Shown piece after piece: positions 10,404 to 19,487 of a DNA stretch of 64,000 bases (the stretch's first letter is position 1; the number at the start of each line of letters is the position of its first letter). The stretch is from a bacterium (GTDB lineage Bacteria > Electryoneota > RPQS01), in NCBI GenBank assembly GCA_023382385.1, contig JAHDVH010000001.1, positions 900,850 to 964,849 of the forward strand, read 5' to 3'. The notes under the pieces were generated by a model that made no database searches, was not told where the DNA came from, and was given only the letters and a program-made list of their open reading frames with translations. The translations under genes and the position numbers were made by a program.

Positions 10404-10432
10404 TTGACAATGACGAGGGGAAAGGCTATACT
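10404..10432 (+). promoter_or_regulatory. sigma70-type promoter of tRNA-Glu
   Basis: TTGACA (10404-10409), 17-nt spacer, TATACT (10427-10432), about 10 nt before the tRNA 5' end. Confidence 0.7.
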
Positions 10433-10442
10433 TAGTGTTCTT

Positions 10443-10515
10443 GGCGCGTTCGTCTAGGGGTCTAGGACGCTGGCCTCTCACGCCGGTAACACGGGTTCGA
10501 ATCCCGTACGCGCTA
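10443..10515 (+). tRNA. tRNA-Glu (anticodon CTC)
   Basis: Cloverleaf by eye. Acceptor stem GGCGCGT/ACGCGCT, D-loop TCTAGGGGTCTAGGA, anticodon stem CTGGC/GCCGG with loop CTCTCAC, T-arm GGGTTCGAATCCC, discriminator A. No encoded CCA. Close to the canonical bacterial tRNA-Glu layout. Confidence 0.9.
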
Positions 10516-10516
10516 C
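10475..10516. repeat. attL: 42-bp direct repeat (3' part of tRNA-Glu)
   Basis: ctctcacgccggtaacacgggttcgaatcccgtacgcgctac is identical to 52936-52977. Confidence 0.9.
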
Positions 10517-10522
10517 AATTGT

Positions 10523-10556
10523 AAAACATGAGCTTAGGTTCATGTTTTTCGTTTTT
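10523..10556 (+). terminator. intrinsic terminator after the reconstituted tRNA (phage-supplied)
   Basis: aaaacatga/gcttaggt/tcatgtttt hairpin followed by tcgttttt. Confidence 0.7.
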
Positions 10557-10667
10557 GTGCATCGCCGCAAGTTCAATAATTTACTCTGATTTTGCTTTAT
10601 TTGTTCTACGGTAGAAAGAAAAGCATTCCGCACAGAGTGTCTCAAGATACGGCCTCTCCTTTAGAAT

Positions 10668-10699
10668 AACAAGCCCCGCCAATATGGACGGGGCTTGTT
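10668..10699 (-). terminator. terminator-like hairpin ending the late operon
   Basis: aacaagccccg/10-nt loop/cggggcttgtt, 20 nt downstream of the last minus-strand phage ORF. Modest U-tract (ttattct). Confidence 0.55.
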
Positions 10700-10718
10700 A
10701 TGGATGCCAACAATTTGG

Positions 10719-11018
10719 TTAGACTTTGGACCAGTTGATCCAACGGTCGGCTTCCTCAAATAGGTGAGGACAGCCTGCTGATTCCATGTCGGCTTTGGCA
10801 TCTGTTACCAGAGCCGCTATGGCCGCGTCGTCCAGCTTGGTGCTGGTCTTAAGGACGGCGGATGCCGCTTCCGTTCCGGCAGTGGCCAGCGCAAGCTGCG
10901 CGAGCTTCTTCTTCTCTTCTTGCTCGGCAGGAAGCGTTCCTTCCGCCATCTGCACAAGGTTCGGGATGTGCGGCAGAATGAACGGTTCAATCAGCGAGAG
11001 GGGAATCTTTACTCCCAT
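10719..11018 (-). CDS. hypothetical phage protein (last gene of late operon)
   Basis: 99-aa ORF tightly abutting the upstream gene (1-nt gap). No recognisable motif. Confidence 0.45.
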   Translation of the reverse strand: MGVKIPLSLIEPFILPHIPNLVQMAEGTLPAEQEEKKKLAQLALATAGTEAASAVLKTSTKLDDAAIAALVTDAKADMESAGCPHLFEEADRWINWSKV

Positions 11019-11019
11019 T

Positions 11020-12615
11020 TCACGTTCCTTTCAGTTTTGTTCTTACCTGTCTCAATATGGGAAAAGCGTTCGGTGCTTCCCTGTTCCACCAAAAGACGGC
11101 CCAGTCCACTTCGCAGGGGTCAGCGACCGCCGCAAAGACGCTGTCCACGCTAACCGAGCCATTGGCATAGATTCCAATGACGGGCCTTGAATCCAATTGC
11201 CGTGCCTGCTCAATGACGGAGGCCCATTCGGAGACTCTGTTCGTCTCCGCCCACACGAGCAGCTTCATTGGTGTCTGCGGGTCGAGATACTGCAGATAGT
11301 CACACGTGAAGCCGGTCGGCACTGGCTTCGAAGTGCGGTTGTAGCGCAATTCCTCGGTGTTGCCACGCGGATCCGTGGCAAAGAACCACGACGTGTCTCC
11401 GGTCAACTGAAACGAGGTGAAGGCGGCACGCTCGATATAGCCTGCCCACGCCTGTGGCCATCCTGCCGGATAGAGCTTGTCGAAGTTCGGTGTCCATCCG
11501 ATGGGCCCGTTCAGCTCGTCGGTGACGAACAGCAGAGGTGCTTGCTGGAATTGGCTGAAGGCCCAGCACGTCTCCCAGATTCCGTTCACGTCCGCAAGGT
11601 CAAGTGTCCGGCAATTGAAGAATCCACTTGCATCGTTCCCTACCCAATTGCCCGCACTGTCCAACTCTGATTCAACGGCGTCGTGCAGGATGATGCTGAT
11701 GCTGGATATGGAGGCGCCCGCCTGCCCCCGAAATAGGACACGCCCGACGCTGATCCCGGGCAAGGCTATGAACGGGAAGCGGGTGACAGCGTTCGGAGGG
11801 CAATACATCTTCGTAATGTGCGACTTCCCGTCAGAATGATTGACATAGAGCCAACCACCGTACAGATTCGCTTTGACGGCGACGCGGCCCATTGTGAACG
11901 GCGGCAAGCTGTTGAGCCGTGCCTTCAGGGTTCCAAGCTCAGCGTAGCCCTTGCCGTCCGTTGAGACGGTCTGGAGGCTTGAGGCTACTTGCCGAGCCTC
12001 TGTGCTTAAGGGAATATAGGAACGCGGCGCAGGCCCCCAATGCTTGGCGAGCGCTGGGCCGCCAGCAATGTAAGTCAGCCCATAACTCTCAATCTGTTCC
12101 CTGAGCACTTGCGTTCTCGTGCGCAGGTCCAGTGACTTCGGGTCGTCGCCGAAGTACGCCCAATTCGTGTGCAAGGCGAGGTGAATGCCGTCGCACAATC
12201 CTTCGCTTGCGAGGCTGTCAATCAGAGTCGATGCAAGTCGGTAACTGGCTCCTGTCTTGCCTTCGCCGTCGAAGCTCACCCACTTCTCCATAGGCAATGC
12301 GAACACCTTTCCTTGCGCGAATGCCGGTGCCGCCATGAGCAGGGCCAGCAGCATGAATACGGCGCCGTTGCGCTGAATACGCTTAGCGAGCTTATGACCG
12401 CCGCCGATGCTGATACCGAGAAGCGCCAGCGGCCCAAGAATCCAATCCCAGGGCACGCACCAGCCGCCGATCACGGGAATCTGCTGCGGGATAGGCAGGC
12501 AGTCCGGATACATATGAACCAGTTCGTTCAACTGGTAACCCAAGATTGCGCAGATGGTCGACCAGAGCTTCTTCCCGTCGAACCAATTCCAGATGCGGGT
12601 GAAAAGAGTCTTCAC
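11020..12615 (-). CDS. membrane-anchored/exported phage protein of unknown function (candidate lysis enzyme)
   Basis: 531 aa. N-terminus has two hydrophobic helices, then a signal-like segment KRIQRNGAVFMLLALLMAAPAFAQG. Large soluble domain without a motif I recognise. Overlaps the upstream small TM gene by 4 nt. Confidence 0.5.
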   Translation of the reverse strand: MKTLFTRIWNWFDGKKLWSTICAILGYQLNELVHMYPDCLPIPQQIPVIGGWCVPWDWILGPLALLGISIGGGHKLAKRIQRNGAVFMLLALLMAAPAFAQGKVFALPMEKWVSFDGEGKTGASYRLASTLIDSLASEGLCDGIHLALHTNWAYFGDDPKSLDLRTRTQVLREQIESYGLTYIAGGPALAKHWGPAPRSYIPLSTEARQVASSLQTVSTDGKGYAELGTLKARLNSLPPFTMGRVAVKANLYGGWLYVNHSDGKSHITKMYCPPNAVTRFPFIALPGISVGRVLFRGQAGASISSISIILHDAVESELDSAGNWVGNDASGFFNCRTLDLADVNGIWETCWAFSQFQQAPLLFVTDELNGPIGWTPNFDKLYPAGWPQAWAGYIERAAFTSFQLTGDTSWFFATDPRGNTEELRYNRTSKPVPTGFTCDYLQYLDPQTPMKLLVWAETNRVSEWASVIEQARQLDSRPVIGIYANGSVSVDSVFAAVADPCEVDWAVFWWNREAPNAFPILRQVRTKLKGT

Positions 12616-12818
12616 TTCAGCACTCCTATTGCTAAATTAACGAGCGTAGTAACCACAAACGCGGCAACGCTTCCCCACACTGCCGCTTTCGTCTTGAGAG
12701 CAATAATATCTTCGCGCATGGCTTCCTGATTATCAGCGAGTCTCTTGATTTCGATGAGGACGTGGTTCTTCCACTCGCCCCAACCGTTCGTAGAGTAGTC
12801 GTTCGGAGGCATCATCAT
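12612..12818 (-). CDS. small tail-anchored membrane protein (holin-like candidate)
   Basis: 68 aa with a single C-terminal TM helix AAVWGSVAAFVVTTLVNLAIGVL. Start overlaps the tail-fibre stop by 4 nt. Confidence 0.45.
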   Translation of the reverse strand: MMMPPNDYSTNGWGEWKNHVLIEIKRLADNQEAMREDIIALKTKAAVWGSVAAFVVTTLVNLAIGVLK

Positions 12819-15800
12819 GGTATCCCTACTTCAAAAAAGGTACTGGTAATTTCGCAAGAGTTCGGATCAAGTTCCTGTTCAATCAATCTAAACCGAGAGG
12901 TCGCATTCACCGCCGCCGGTAACAAATCGTGAGACAGTCGCGCGAGTTCGAGTGGTTCATAACCAATCAAGCCCAACCCCGTTTTGAACTGAACGATCAG
13001 CGGCCTGCGCGTTAGGTGCTTTATGATCGCTTTCAGAAGGAATTCGGCAGTAGCCGCGTCACGAATGTTCGTGGCCGTATACTCCCAGCGATTCACCTGC
13101 AGCGTGGCAAAATGCGCATCGCGGCAAAGCCCCCAGTAGGTCGAACCTTCGCTTGAGAGATTCGTGAAACCCGAGTCGAACGACTCCGCATCGGGACTAC
13201 TCACGAACAGCGACTCTTCCGGCTCGCCGGTCGCCATGTTGATCTTGAACTTCAACACGAATTCATTGTACCAGTACTTGAGGTCGCCGCGCTTGACGGA
13301 GACTGACGTCTTGTCGCCGTTCAACCGAAACTTTGACAGGACCGGCGGGCTCTCTCCCGATTCGCCTGCGTCGATGCGTGCGATAGTGGACTCGCCAAGA
13401 TAATTCACGAAATACGCCAGATGCGCGTCGCGGCACAAGTCGCGAATCATGTCGAGACTGTTACTCTTATCCAAGTACTGACGCGCAAACTTCCATGAGC
13501 TGCGCTTGCCCGCCATAACATCAAATCCTGCAGGCGGGTGCGCCACTGTCACGTCATTCTCCTGAACTTCGGACTCGGAGTACGGAACCTTCGCGCTCGC
13601 GCCCGTGACCCAGCGCATAGACGTATGGTTGTTCGAAGAGGCGCCATTGCCATTGCCACTCGAATCTGTGACCGTGAATGCGCCTGAAGGTGTCGAGCCG
13701 TCGGTTTCACGTCGGCCTTCTTCGTCAAATCGCCACCATGCCTTGGTGTTACCCTGGTAAAAGGATTTCGGATAACCACTGCCCGCGTTATAGAGCTGCT
13801 TTGCCTCGCCTTCGCTAATTACCCTGTCCCAAATCCGCAGCTCGTCCAGAATCATATTCGTCCGCGTAGACGAGCCAGCGCGTAAGCCGATTCTCAGAAC
13901 GCTGCCGCCGTCTGCCACGGCCTGAATGATACTAGAGCCGTTGTCGACAACGCCATTGATGTGGATATAGCGCGTTGCTCCGGACCCGCCCGCCGCAGTC
14001 GCAACAATGTGATACCACACTCCCGTCGAAAGCGTAGCAACGGACTCGAGGTAATTTGATGTCGATCCGTCACCGCGCCAGAACCTAACCTTCCCGCCCG
14101 TAGAAACGGACAATGCATAGGGCGCGATATTCCCGCTTCCGTTGATTTTCGCGACGATGAAGTTCTCACCGGCGGCAACGAAGGAGATGAACTTCACCCA
14201 GCATTCGATGGACACAATCCCGTCCAGCGCAAGACTTGAGTCATGCAGAACTTGGAAGAACGGCGATGTGACCGAATCGTCCTGAGTTTGGATAGCTGCG
14301 CCATGCAGTCTCGGCTTCAACCCTAACTCGTCACAAAGTAAAGACTCAATGACGTAAGCGGGGTTCTCGTTCAAGTCACCCTCGTTGAACGAGTTTGAGT
14401 GCTTCGGCGAATCTATCCATTCGCCGAATATCCGGCCCTTGCCGGTCTGCATAAGAACATCAACATTCTCATCGTCAAGCTCGTCAACATGAACGTACAC
14501 GGACTTGATTCTGAATTCGCACCCGGCATCATGTCCGCTGACATCAACGAATCTGAATTCAATCTGGTACCCGGCATACGACCCCTCGCCTGAATCCAAG
14601 GCAGGAGACGCTTTCGTGGCAATGTCAACCGTAACAAAGGAGCCATACGCCGGAACGTCCGTCCATGAAATGTGCACGGTGCCGTTCTTGGAAATCTGAT
14701 ATTGAACCTTGTCGTTCACTCGGTTGACGGCATCAATGCGGAACTTCCAGTCAACGTTCTCTGCGGTTGTACCAGTCTTCCCGACTGTCGCAACTATTTC
14801 GTACGAGACCACCTCGCCATTCGCGTCTAGCACAGTGAAGTTTGTGTCATTTGTATCAACGGCATACTCAGGATTCGTCGCACCGGATGTTCCCACCACA
14901 TCGACGACTGGTATCAAGTGAGTCGTTCTGAACAACGTGTTACTCGCCTTGAACACTTCGTCTGCGGTAACACCATCAATCACCGCTCCAAACGCAGGTT
15001 GTACGTGTCGTATATTCGTCAAGCAGAAGATTTCTCGTTCGTCAACCCAACGCGTCAACTTCCCGTCCGGAGTGGGATAGCTACGCTGTAATACGTCATG
15101 CCCGCATAGAATAGAGCGAGGACGGTTTGCGCCCGTTCCTACATCGCCATATTTGAGCGGCTGATTCAGGATACCGAGGAAGTAATCATGGTACACAATC
15201 GAACTAGCACCAGGGCTGAGATTACTGGCGACACCTGTCTTATTGATGCCCGCCCCTGAATTCAACAGCCAATTGCCGTAGAGAATTGGCACAACTTTGT
15301 TTCTGTTGGATTCGGGAAGCTCAGGGAATTCATCAGGAGTCAGCATGCGCTTCGGGAGAATCCGATGCTGCTTAATCCAACTATCCGAGCAGTAGAACGT
15401 CACATGGCTCTCGTCCCACGTCACGTCTTCGATTACCGATTTCGGAGCAACCGGCAAAGCATTCATCCAAGACGGACCTGTTTGATCGGTAAAGATGAGC
15501 CGTATTTCTGCGCGCCTGCCGATGAAGTTCTCGGTTGCGAGCGTGTCGGAAATCAAGCTCTGATTTGGAATCTTGAACGTCCATCTCTGCGCCTGTGAAA
15601 CGTTGCCGCCTTCACGAATGTCAACCGCGCGCCGAATCTTGCCGAATCCGTTCTTCGCAATCTTCCCCTCGAAGTCAGGACCTGTCCAGCCTGAAACATT
15701 CGCCGGATTACACGGAAACGTCGCCCAGCGATACAGCGTTGTCGCACTCTCAACTTCAATCAGAAACTGAGGCGTCGAATTCGCGGCAATTCCGGCGGCG

Positions 15801-15823
15801 ATGTTCGCGGACAGAGCTTTCAT
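12815..15823 (-). CDS. tail fibre / host-specificity protein with an internal LamG (concanavalin-A-like lectin) domain
   Basis: ~1000 aa directly after tape measure and distal tail genes. LamG-type segment ...IECWVKFISFV...VWYHIVATAAGG...LDELRIWDRVISEGEAKQLY. Start set to ATG 15823 (MKALSANI...), which forms an ATGA overlap with the upstream stop. Confidence 0.7.
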   Translation of the reverse strand: MKALSANIAAGIAANSTPQFLIEVESATTLYRWATFPCNPANVSGWTGPDFEGKIAKNGFGKIRRAVDIREGGNVSQAQRWTFKIPNQSLISDTLATENFIGRRAEIRLIFTDQTGPSWMNALPVAPKSVIEDVTWDESHVTFYCSDSWIKQHRILPKRMLTPDEFPELPESNRNKVVPILYGNWLLNSGAGINKTGVASNLSPGASSIVYHDYFLGILNQPLKYGDVGTGANRPRSILCGHDVLQRSYPTPDGKLTRWVDEREIFCLTNIRHVQPAFGAVIDGVTADEVFKASNTLFRTTHLIPVVDVVGTSGATNPEYAVDTNDTNFTVLDANGEVVSYEIVATVGKTGTTAENVDWKFRIDAVNRVNDKVQYQISKNGTVHISWTDVPAYGSFVTVDIATKASPALDSGEGSYAGYQIEFRFVDVSGHDAGCEFRIKSVYVHVDELDDENVDVLMQTGKGRIFGEWIDSPKHSNSFNEGDLNENPAYVIESLLCDELGLKPRLHGAAIQTQDDSVTSPFFQVLHDSSLALDGIVSIECWVKFISFVAAGENFIVAKINGSGNIAPYALSVSTGGKVRFWRGDGSTSNYLESVATLSTGVWYHIVATAAGGSGATRYIHINGVVDNGSSIIQAVADGGSVLRIGLRAGSSTRTNMILDELRIWDRVISEGEAKQLYNAGSGYPKSFYQGNTKAWWRFDEEGRRETDGSTPSGAFTVTDSSGNGNGASSNNHTSMRWVTGASAKVPYSESEVQENDVTVAHPPAGFDVMAGKRSSWKFARQYLDKSNSLDMIRDLCRDAHLAYFVNYLGESTIARIDAGESGESPPVLSKFRLNGDKTSVSVKRGDLKYWYNEFVLKFKINMATGEPEESLFVSSPDAESFDSGFTNLSSEGSTYWGLCRDAHFATLQVNRWEYTATNIRDAATAEFLLKAIIKHLTRRPLIVQFKTGLGLIGYEPLELARLSHDLLPAAVNATSRFRLIEQELDPNSCEITSTFFEVGIP

Positions 15824-16233
15824 GACGGAGTACTCGTGCCCAGCGAGCGGTAGCGAACAGTGAACTTCTGCGAATAGATAGAGGGCGCGGCATACAGGCG
15901 ATGCGGCGGCAAGTTGCCAAACAATTGGCATGTCACCGCGACGCCATTCCCCGCCCCTAAATCTACGCCGGAATCGGGCGTCAACGTGAATTGATGCTTC
16001 GAGCCTTTCACGGTGTGAAGGAAGAAGTTTCTGAGTTCCGCGAGTTTCGACTGACTCATGCCGCGAATCTCAAACGTTGCAAGCCACACAACGACGTCGC
16101 GGTCATAAACTTCAATCGTGCCATCTTCATATTCCCCGACGCTCTGAAGGCGTTCGGGCTGAACGTCCAGCGGCTTGCGTGCGCCTGTTCGTCCGGTCAG
16201 GGTGACGGTGGTAGAAGAGTATTGCAGTGTCAT
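15820..16233 (-). CDS. distal tail protein-like (position-based)
   Basis: 137-aa ORF between tape measure and tail fibre, with 4-nt overlaps on both sides. Confidence 0.45.
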   Translation of the reverse strand: MTLQYSSTTVTLTGRTGARKPLDVQPERLQSVGEYEDGTIEVYDRDVVVWLATFEIRGMSQSKLAELRNFFLHTVKGSKHQFTLTPDSGVDLGAGNGVAVTCQLFGNLPPHRLYAAPSIYSQKFTVRYRSLGTSTPS

Positions 16234-18428
16234 GATGCGTAGCTCACGCTGAATCTGCGATCATCAAGCGCGCGTTCGATGGCGGCAGGGAGCATTTCCT
16301 CGACCAGATCGCGAATCTCAATGCGCTTCTGCAGCGGAATTCCCTGACCGTCAAGATTAATGGCGATCGACACGTTATTCCCGCCGCGCAATGACCGTCC
16401 GTTATTCATCGCTTCCAGAACAGGGAGATTGCGTTGCGCAGCCTGACGATTCACGACGAATTCACCGGACTCCAAGAGCGCCGGCACGCGGTCTCCGAAC
16501 CCGTGCCCGGGCACGACGCCGCCTTCCTGAAACTGCATGGCTCCCATTGCCCGAGCGATAATGGCCCCAATCCCCGCAATCGCGACGCCGATCGTTCCCA
16601 CAGCGAATGCCGGCGCAAGCGGCCCTGCCCACGCGTAGAAGGCTACGAGTTTAGCGTAGGCTTCAGCCATGAATGAACCCGTGCGCTTTGCCGAATTCGC
16701 CTGCTCAGTCGCGGTATACGAGGTGCTCGCCGCCATACCGATCGCCGCAGTCTTCGTCGTAATGGCCTGCTTCGTAATCTCATCCCAGATGTACTTGGTA
16801 GTGACTTGCGCGATCTTACTGGCAACGCTGGCCTTGAACTGGTTCCAAATCGCATCCCGCTTTTGCGCACCTGTCATTTCCGTGTTGAGCATTGCGTTCA
16901 CGGCATAAGCCTGCGTATTGCGCAGAAAATCCGTGTCTTCCAGAAACTGCTGCTTCGCATCTTGGCGCCGCTTACCGAGTTGCAGGTAGTACCATTCGTC
17001 GAGCTTAATCCGGTTATCAACGCCCTCCTCATGTGCCTCGGTCATAATCTGATCGAGTTCCGTGAGGTTCGCGCCAAACTCGCCGAACGGGTCTTCGCCG
17101 GTGTCTTCAGGCGGAATCCACTTCAATTGCACGGGCACGGGATCGGGGGGCGACTCGATCACAGGCGTGAGCGGCGTGGAGTTAAGTCGGGCAATCGATT
17201 TGGTGACCTTATCGACTTTCTCCTCAAATTCCGACACGCCCGGAATCAAATTATCCGTAGCCGCCTTTTCTAATTCTTCCGCTGTAACATGACCGAATTC
17301 CTTGACAACGCCGGTAGCATCTGAAGCGGCTACGGAAAACTGTTCGAACGCGTCCTCAACCTTCTCGACTTTCTGCGGCGTATCTTTGACTTCTGATTCA
17401 AAACCGGCGATTGCCGCCGTCAGAGCGATAACCGCTGTTGCCCCTCCAATCGCCCAGCCCCAACCGGGTATAGTCAGCATCAGCGATCGCGTAAAGACCA
17501 ACGCGGCGTTCATCGAGTGCAGACCTCGCGTGATCGAGGGCAAGAGCAAGCCGATTGCGCTCGCTGTAGCAAGAAATCCGGTCAGTCCTGCCGCACCCAA
17601 TCCGACAATTTGGACCAGCATCTGATGCTTCCCCGCCCATTCCCCAATGTCCTTCGCGAGTGGTCGAATCGACTGAGACAGCGCAGTAATCGTAGGGGCG
17701 AACGCCGCACCAAGTGCCTCAGACACGTCACCCACATCATTCTTCAAGCCCTGCAGAGATCCGCTCAATGTCTTTGCGTCCTCTTCGGCCAAACCCTTGA
17801 ACTTCTGGCCGAGGATGCTCAGCATGTATTCGGCGCGTTCAGATTCGGTAGCGTTCTCGCCGAGCACCTCTTTAAGATTGCGGAACTCGGGAATAACGCG
17901 GCCCAACATGCCGGCTTCACCCTGCAATACAAGAGACATTGCGCGAGCCGCGCTGGCCGTGTCCATCTTCATGCCCGCCGCCAAGTCCATCGTCGCGGTC
18001 AGATTATCGAATGCGACATCGGCATCGCCGACCAACAGCGTTAAGTCCGCAAACACTCCGAGCGTCTGCTCATCGCCGAACCGAGTAACCGCCTGCAGCT
18101 CCGCCGCGGCGCCCGCGACTTTCCCCTTGTATTCGTCCCACGACCTGCCCGAAATCTGAGTAGCCGCCCGAGCGCGATTCTCAGCGTCCTCCTGCTCCAT
18201 GAACGACTTCGTGACCAACCCGATGCTTCCCGCCACACCGGCGAACGCAATCGCAGACGCGTTCCGAATCTTCGCCAGATTCTCTTCCCAAGACTTGGAA
18301 GCGTTCCTCGCGGCATCGTCAGCGGCGGACTCCGCTCCCGCAAGCTGCTCTTTCAACTGAGAAAAGGCAGAGTCAACGTCTGCCTTCGCCTTCAGAAGTA
18401 TGGCAAGTTCTCTTTCGCGATCAGCCAT
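16230..18428 (-). CDS. tail tape measure protein
   Basis: 732 aa, helical and Ala/Gly-rich with hydrophobic central segments. TP901-type core-like stretch AELQAVTRFGDEQTLGVFADLTLLVG...AAGMKMDTASAARAMS. Follows the G/GT chaperone pair. Confidence 0.85.
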   Translation of the reverse strand: MADRERELAILLKAKADVDSAFSQLKEQLAGAESAADDAARNASKSWEENLAKIRNASAIAFAGVAGSIGLVTKSFMEQEDAENRARAATQISGRSWDEYKGKVAGAAAELQAVTRFGDEQTLGVFADLTLLVGDADVAFDNLTATMDLAAGMKMDTASAARAMSLVLQGEAGMLGRVIPEFRNLKEVLGENATESERAEYMLSILGQKFKGLAEEDAKTLSGSLQGLKNDVGDVSEALGAAFAPTITALSQSIRPLAKDIGEWAGKHQMLVQIVGLGAAGLTGFLATASAIGLLLPSITRGLHSMNAALVFTRSLMLTIPGWGWAIGGATAVIALTAAIAGFESEVKDTPQKVEKVEDAFEQFSVAASDATGVVKEFGHVTAEELEKAATDNLIPGVSEFEEKVDKVTKSIARLNSTPLTPVIESPPDPVPVQLKWIPPEDTGEDPFGEFGANLTELDQIMTEAHEEGVDNRIKLDEWYYLQLGKRRQDAKQQFLEDTDFLRNTQAYAVNAMLNTEMTGAQKRDAIWNQFKASVASKIAQVTTKYIWDEITKQAITTKTAAIGMAASTSYTATEQANSAKRTGSFMAEAYAKLVAFYAWAGPLAPAFAVGTIGVAIAGIGAIIARAMGAMQFQEGGVVPGHGFGDRVPALLESGEFVVNRQAAQRNLPVLEAMNNGRSLRGGNNVSIAINLDGQGIPLQKRIEIRDLVEEMLPAAIERALDDRRFSVSYAS

Positions 18429-18804
18429 GGTCTTTGGATTTCTTCATCAGATGGGTGAGATTCAAGTCATGAATCAGCAATACGCGGTCAAGCAGTTCCT
18501 GAAACTCGTCGTCACTCAAGCGAAAATTCCGAGCCGTAAGCACAAAGTCCAGCTTGTCAATTCTCGGCAATCCATTCGAGTCAAATCCGGACAGCGACAC
18601 CGTGTCAAAGTAGACGGACAAAGCGCGGCGTTCTGCCGGAGCTAACTTGAACGGCGGCGCGTCAGTGTAGAAGCAGTGCCCTTTTTCGTGCGAGAAACAG
18701 GGCGGTGTCCGTCCGTCTTCCGTGTAGCCTTCGTAACAGGCGCGGCAGTAGCCCCAGCCGAGTTCGAGGCTGAGTTCGACGTAACGCCTGAACGCCCCAA
18801 AGGG
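18421..18804 (-). CDS. tail assembly chaperone -1 frame extension (GT-like, no own start codon)
   Basis: 128-codon open frame with no ATG/GTG/TTG in its first 61 codons. It opens exactly at the heptamer C CCT TTG (18804-18798) and is closed just upstream by TGA (18807-18805). It ends 8 nt inside the tape-measure start. Confidence 0.65.
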   Translation of the reverse strand, partial: PFGAFRRYVELSLELGWGYCRACYEGYTEDGRTPPCFSHEKGHCFYTDAPPFKLAPAERRALSVYFDTVSLSGFDSNGLPRIDKLDFVLTARNFRLSDDEFQELLDRVLLIHDLNLTHLMKKSKDHG

Positions 18805-19286
18805 TCAGACGCTTCCTTCGCCTTCTGCGCCGCGAGGTCTATTAGGACGAGTTGGAAGAGTTCATCGCCGTAAGGCGTTCCTGCGAACGCCGAGACGCTT
18901 TCCTCGTCGATCGCAGCTTCCCCGTCCACTTCATTGAAACCGATACCGCTCCAGCTTCTGATAGCCCAAAGCAGCGTTCTCACTTTAACAGCGTTCCAGT
19001 CCGTCTTATTCGCCACCAGCGCGGCGATCAGCAAGCCGTAGATCTTGTTCGCGAGTCCCGCTTCATCGTTCGCCCTGAGCGTTCCGTCCTCTTTCAGGAC
19101 TTCTGAGACGACTTGCCGAACCGCCTCCTTGTCCACAGGCAACGGACCGCGATCTTCAATTCGGCATTCCCGAATTAGATCTTGATACCGTCGAGTCCCG
19201 ATTCTGCAGTACGAAATCTCTGCGCCTTCGACAGGAACGTAAGAGAGAAGCTTGGATTCGTTAATTAGTGAAACTGCGTGTGTCAT
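18642..19286 (-). CDS. tail assembly chaperone (G-like, zero frame)
   Basis: Sits immediately upstream of the tape measure. First ATG at 19286 (the track start 19334 is a TTG). The C-terminal 54 residues after the slippery site are low complexity (SNSASNSAGATAAPVTKATRK...). Confidence 0.6.
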   Translation of the reverse strand: MTHAVSLINESKLLSYVPVEGAEISYCRIGTRRYQDLIRECRIEDRGPLPVDKEAVRQVVSEVLKEDGTLRANDEAGLANKIYGLLIAALVANKTDWNAVKVRTLLWAIRSWSGIGFNEVDGEAAIDEESVSAFAGTPYGDELFQLVLIDLAAQKAKEASDPLGRSGVTSNSASNSAGATAAPVTKATRKTDGHRPVSRTKKGTASTLTRRRSS

Positions 19287-19308
19287 TGATGCGTCTTCCG
19301 TGGTTTGA

Positions 19309-19485
19309 TTACTTGCCTGACTTTGCCCATTCAATAAATGCGGCCTTGATCAGCGATACTTTTTCGGTGTCTGAAGTTGCGCCGTGAATCACGGCTTCAA
19401 TGCTCGCGAGTCTTTGCGACAGCAAAGCCCGCTCTTCAGCGAGCTTGCTGTTCGACTCCGTAAGTTCCTTCTGTGTGACTGACAT
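19309..19485 (-). CDS. small coiled-coil phage protein (58 aa, below ORF-track cutoff)
   Basis: ATG 19485 lies 2 nt after the major tail stop. Translation: MSVTQKELTESNSKLAEERALLSQRLASIEAVIHGATSDTEKVSLIKAAFIEWAKSGK. Confidence 0.4.
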   Translation of the reverse strand: MSVTQKELTESNSKLAEERALLSQRLASIEAVIHGATSDTEKVSLIKAAFIEWAKSGK

Positions 19486-19487
19486 GA

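Noticed and set aside
15824-15931. Upstream extension of the tail-fibre ORF (MPIVWQLAAASPVC...)
   Set aside because: It overlaps the preceding gene by 112 nt. ATG 15823 gives the ATGA stop/start coupling used throughout this operon.
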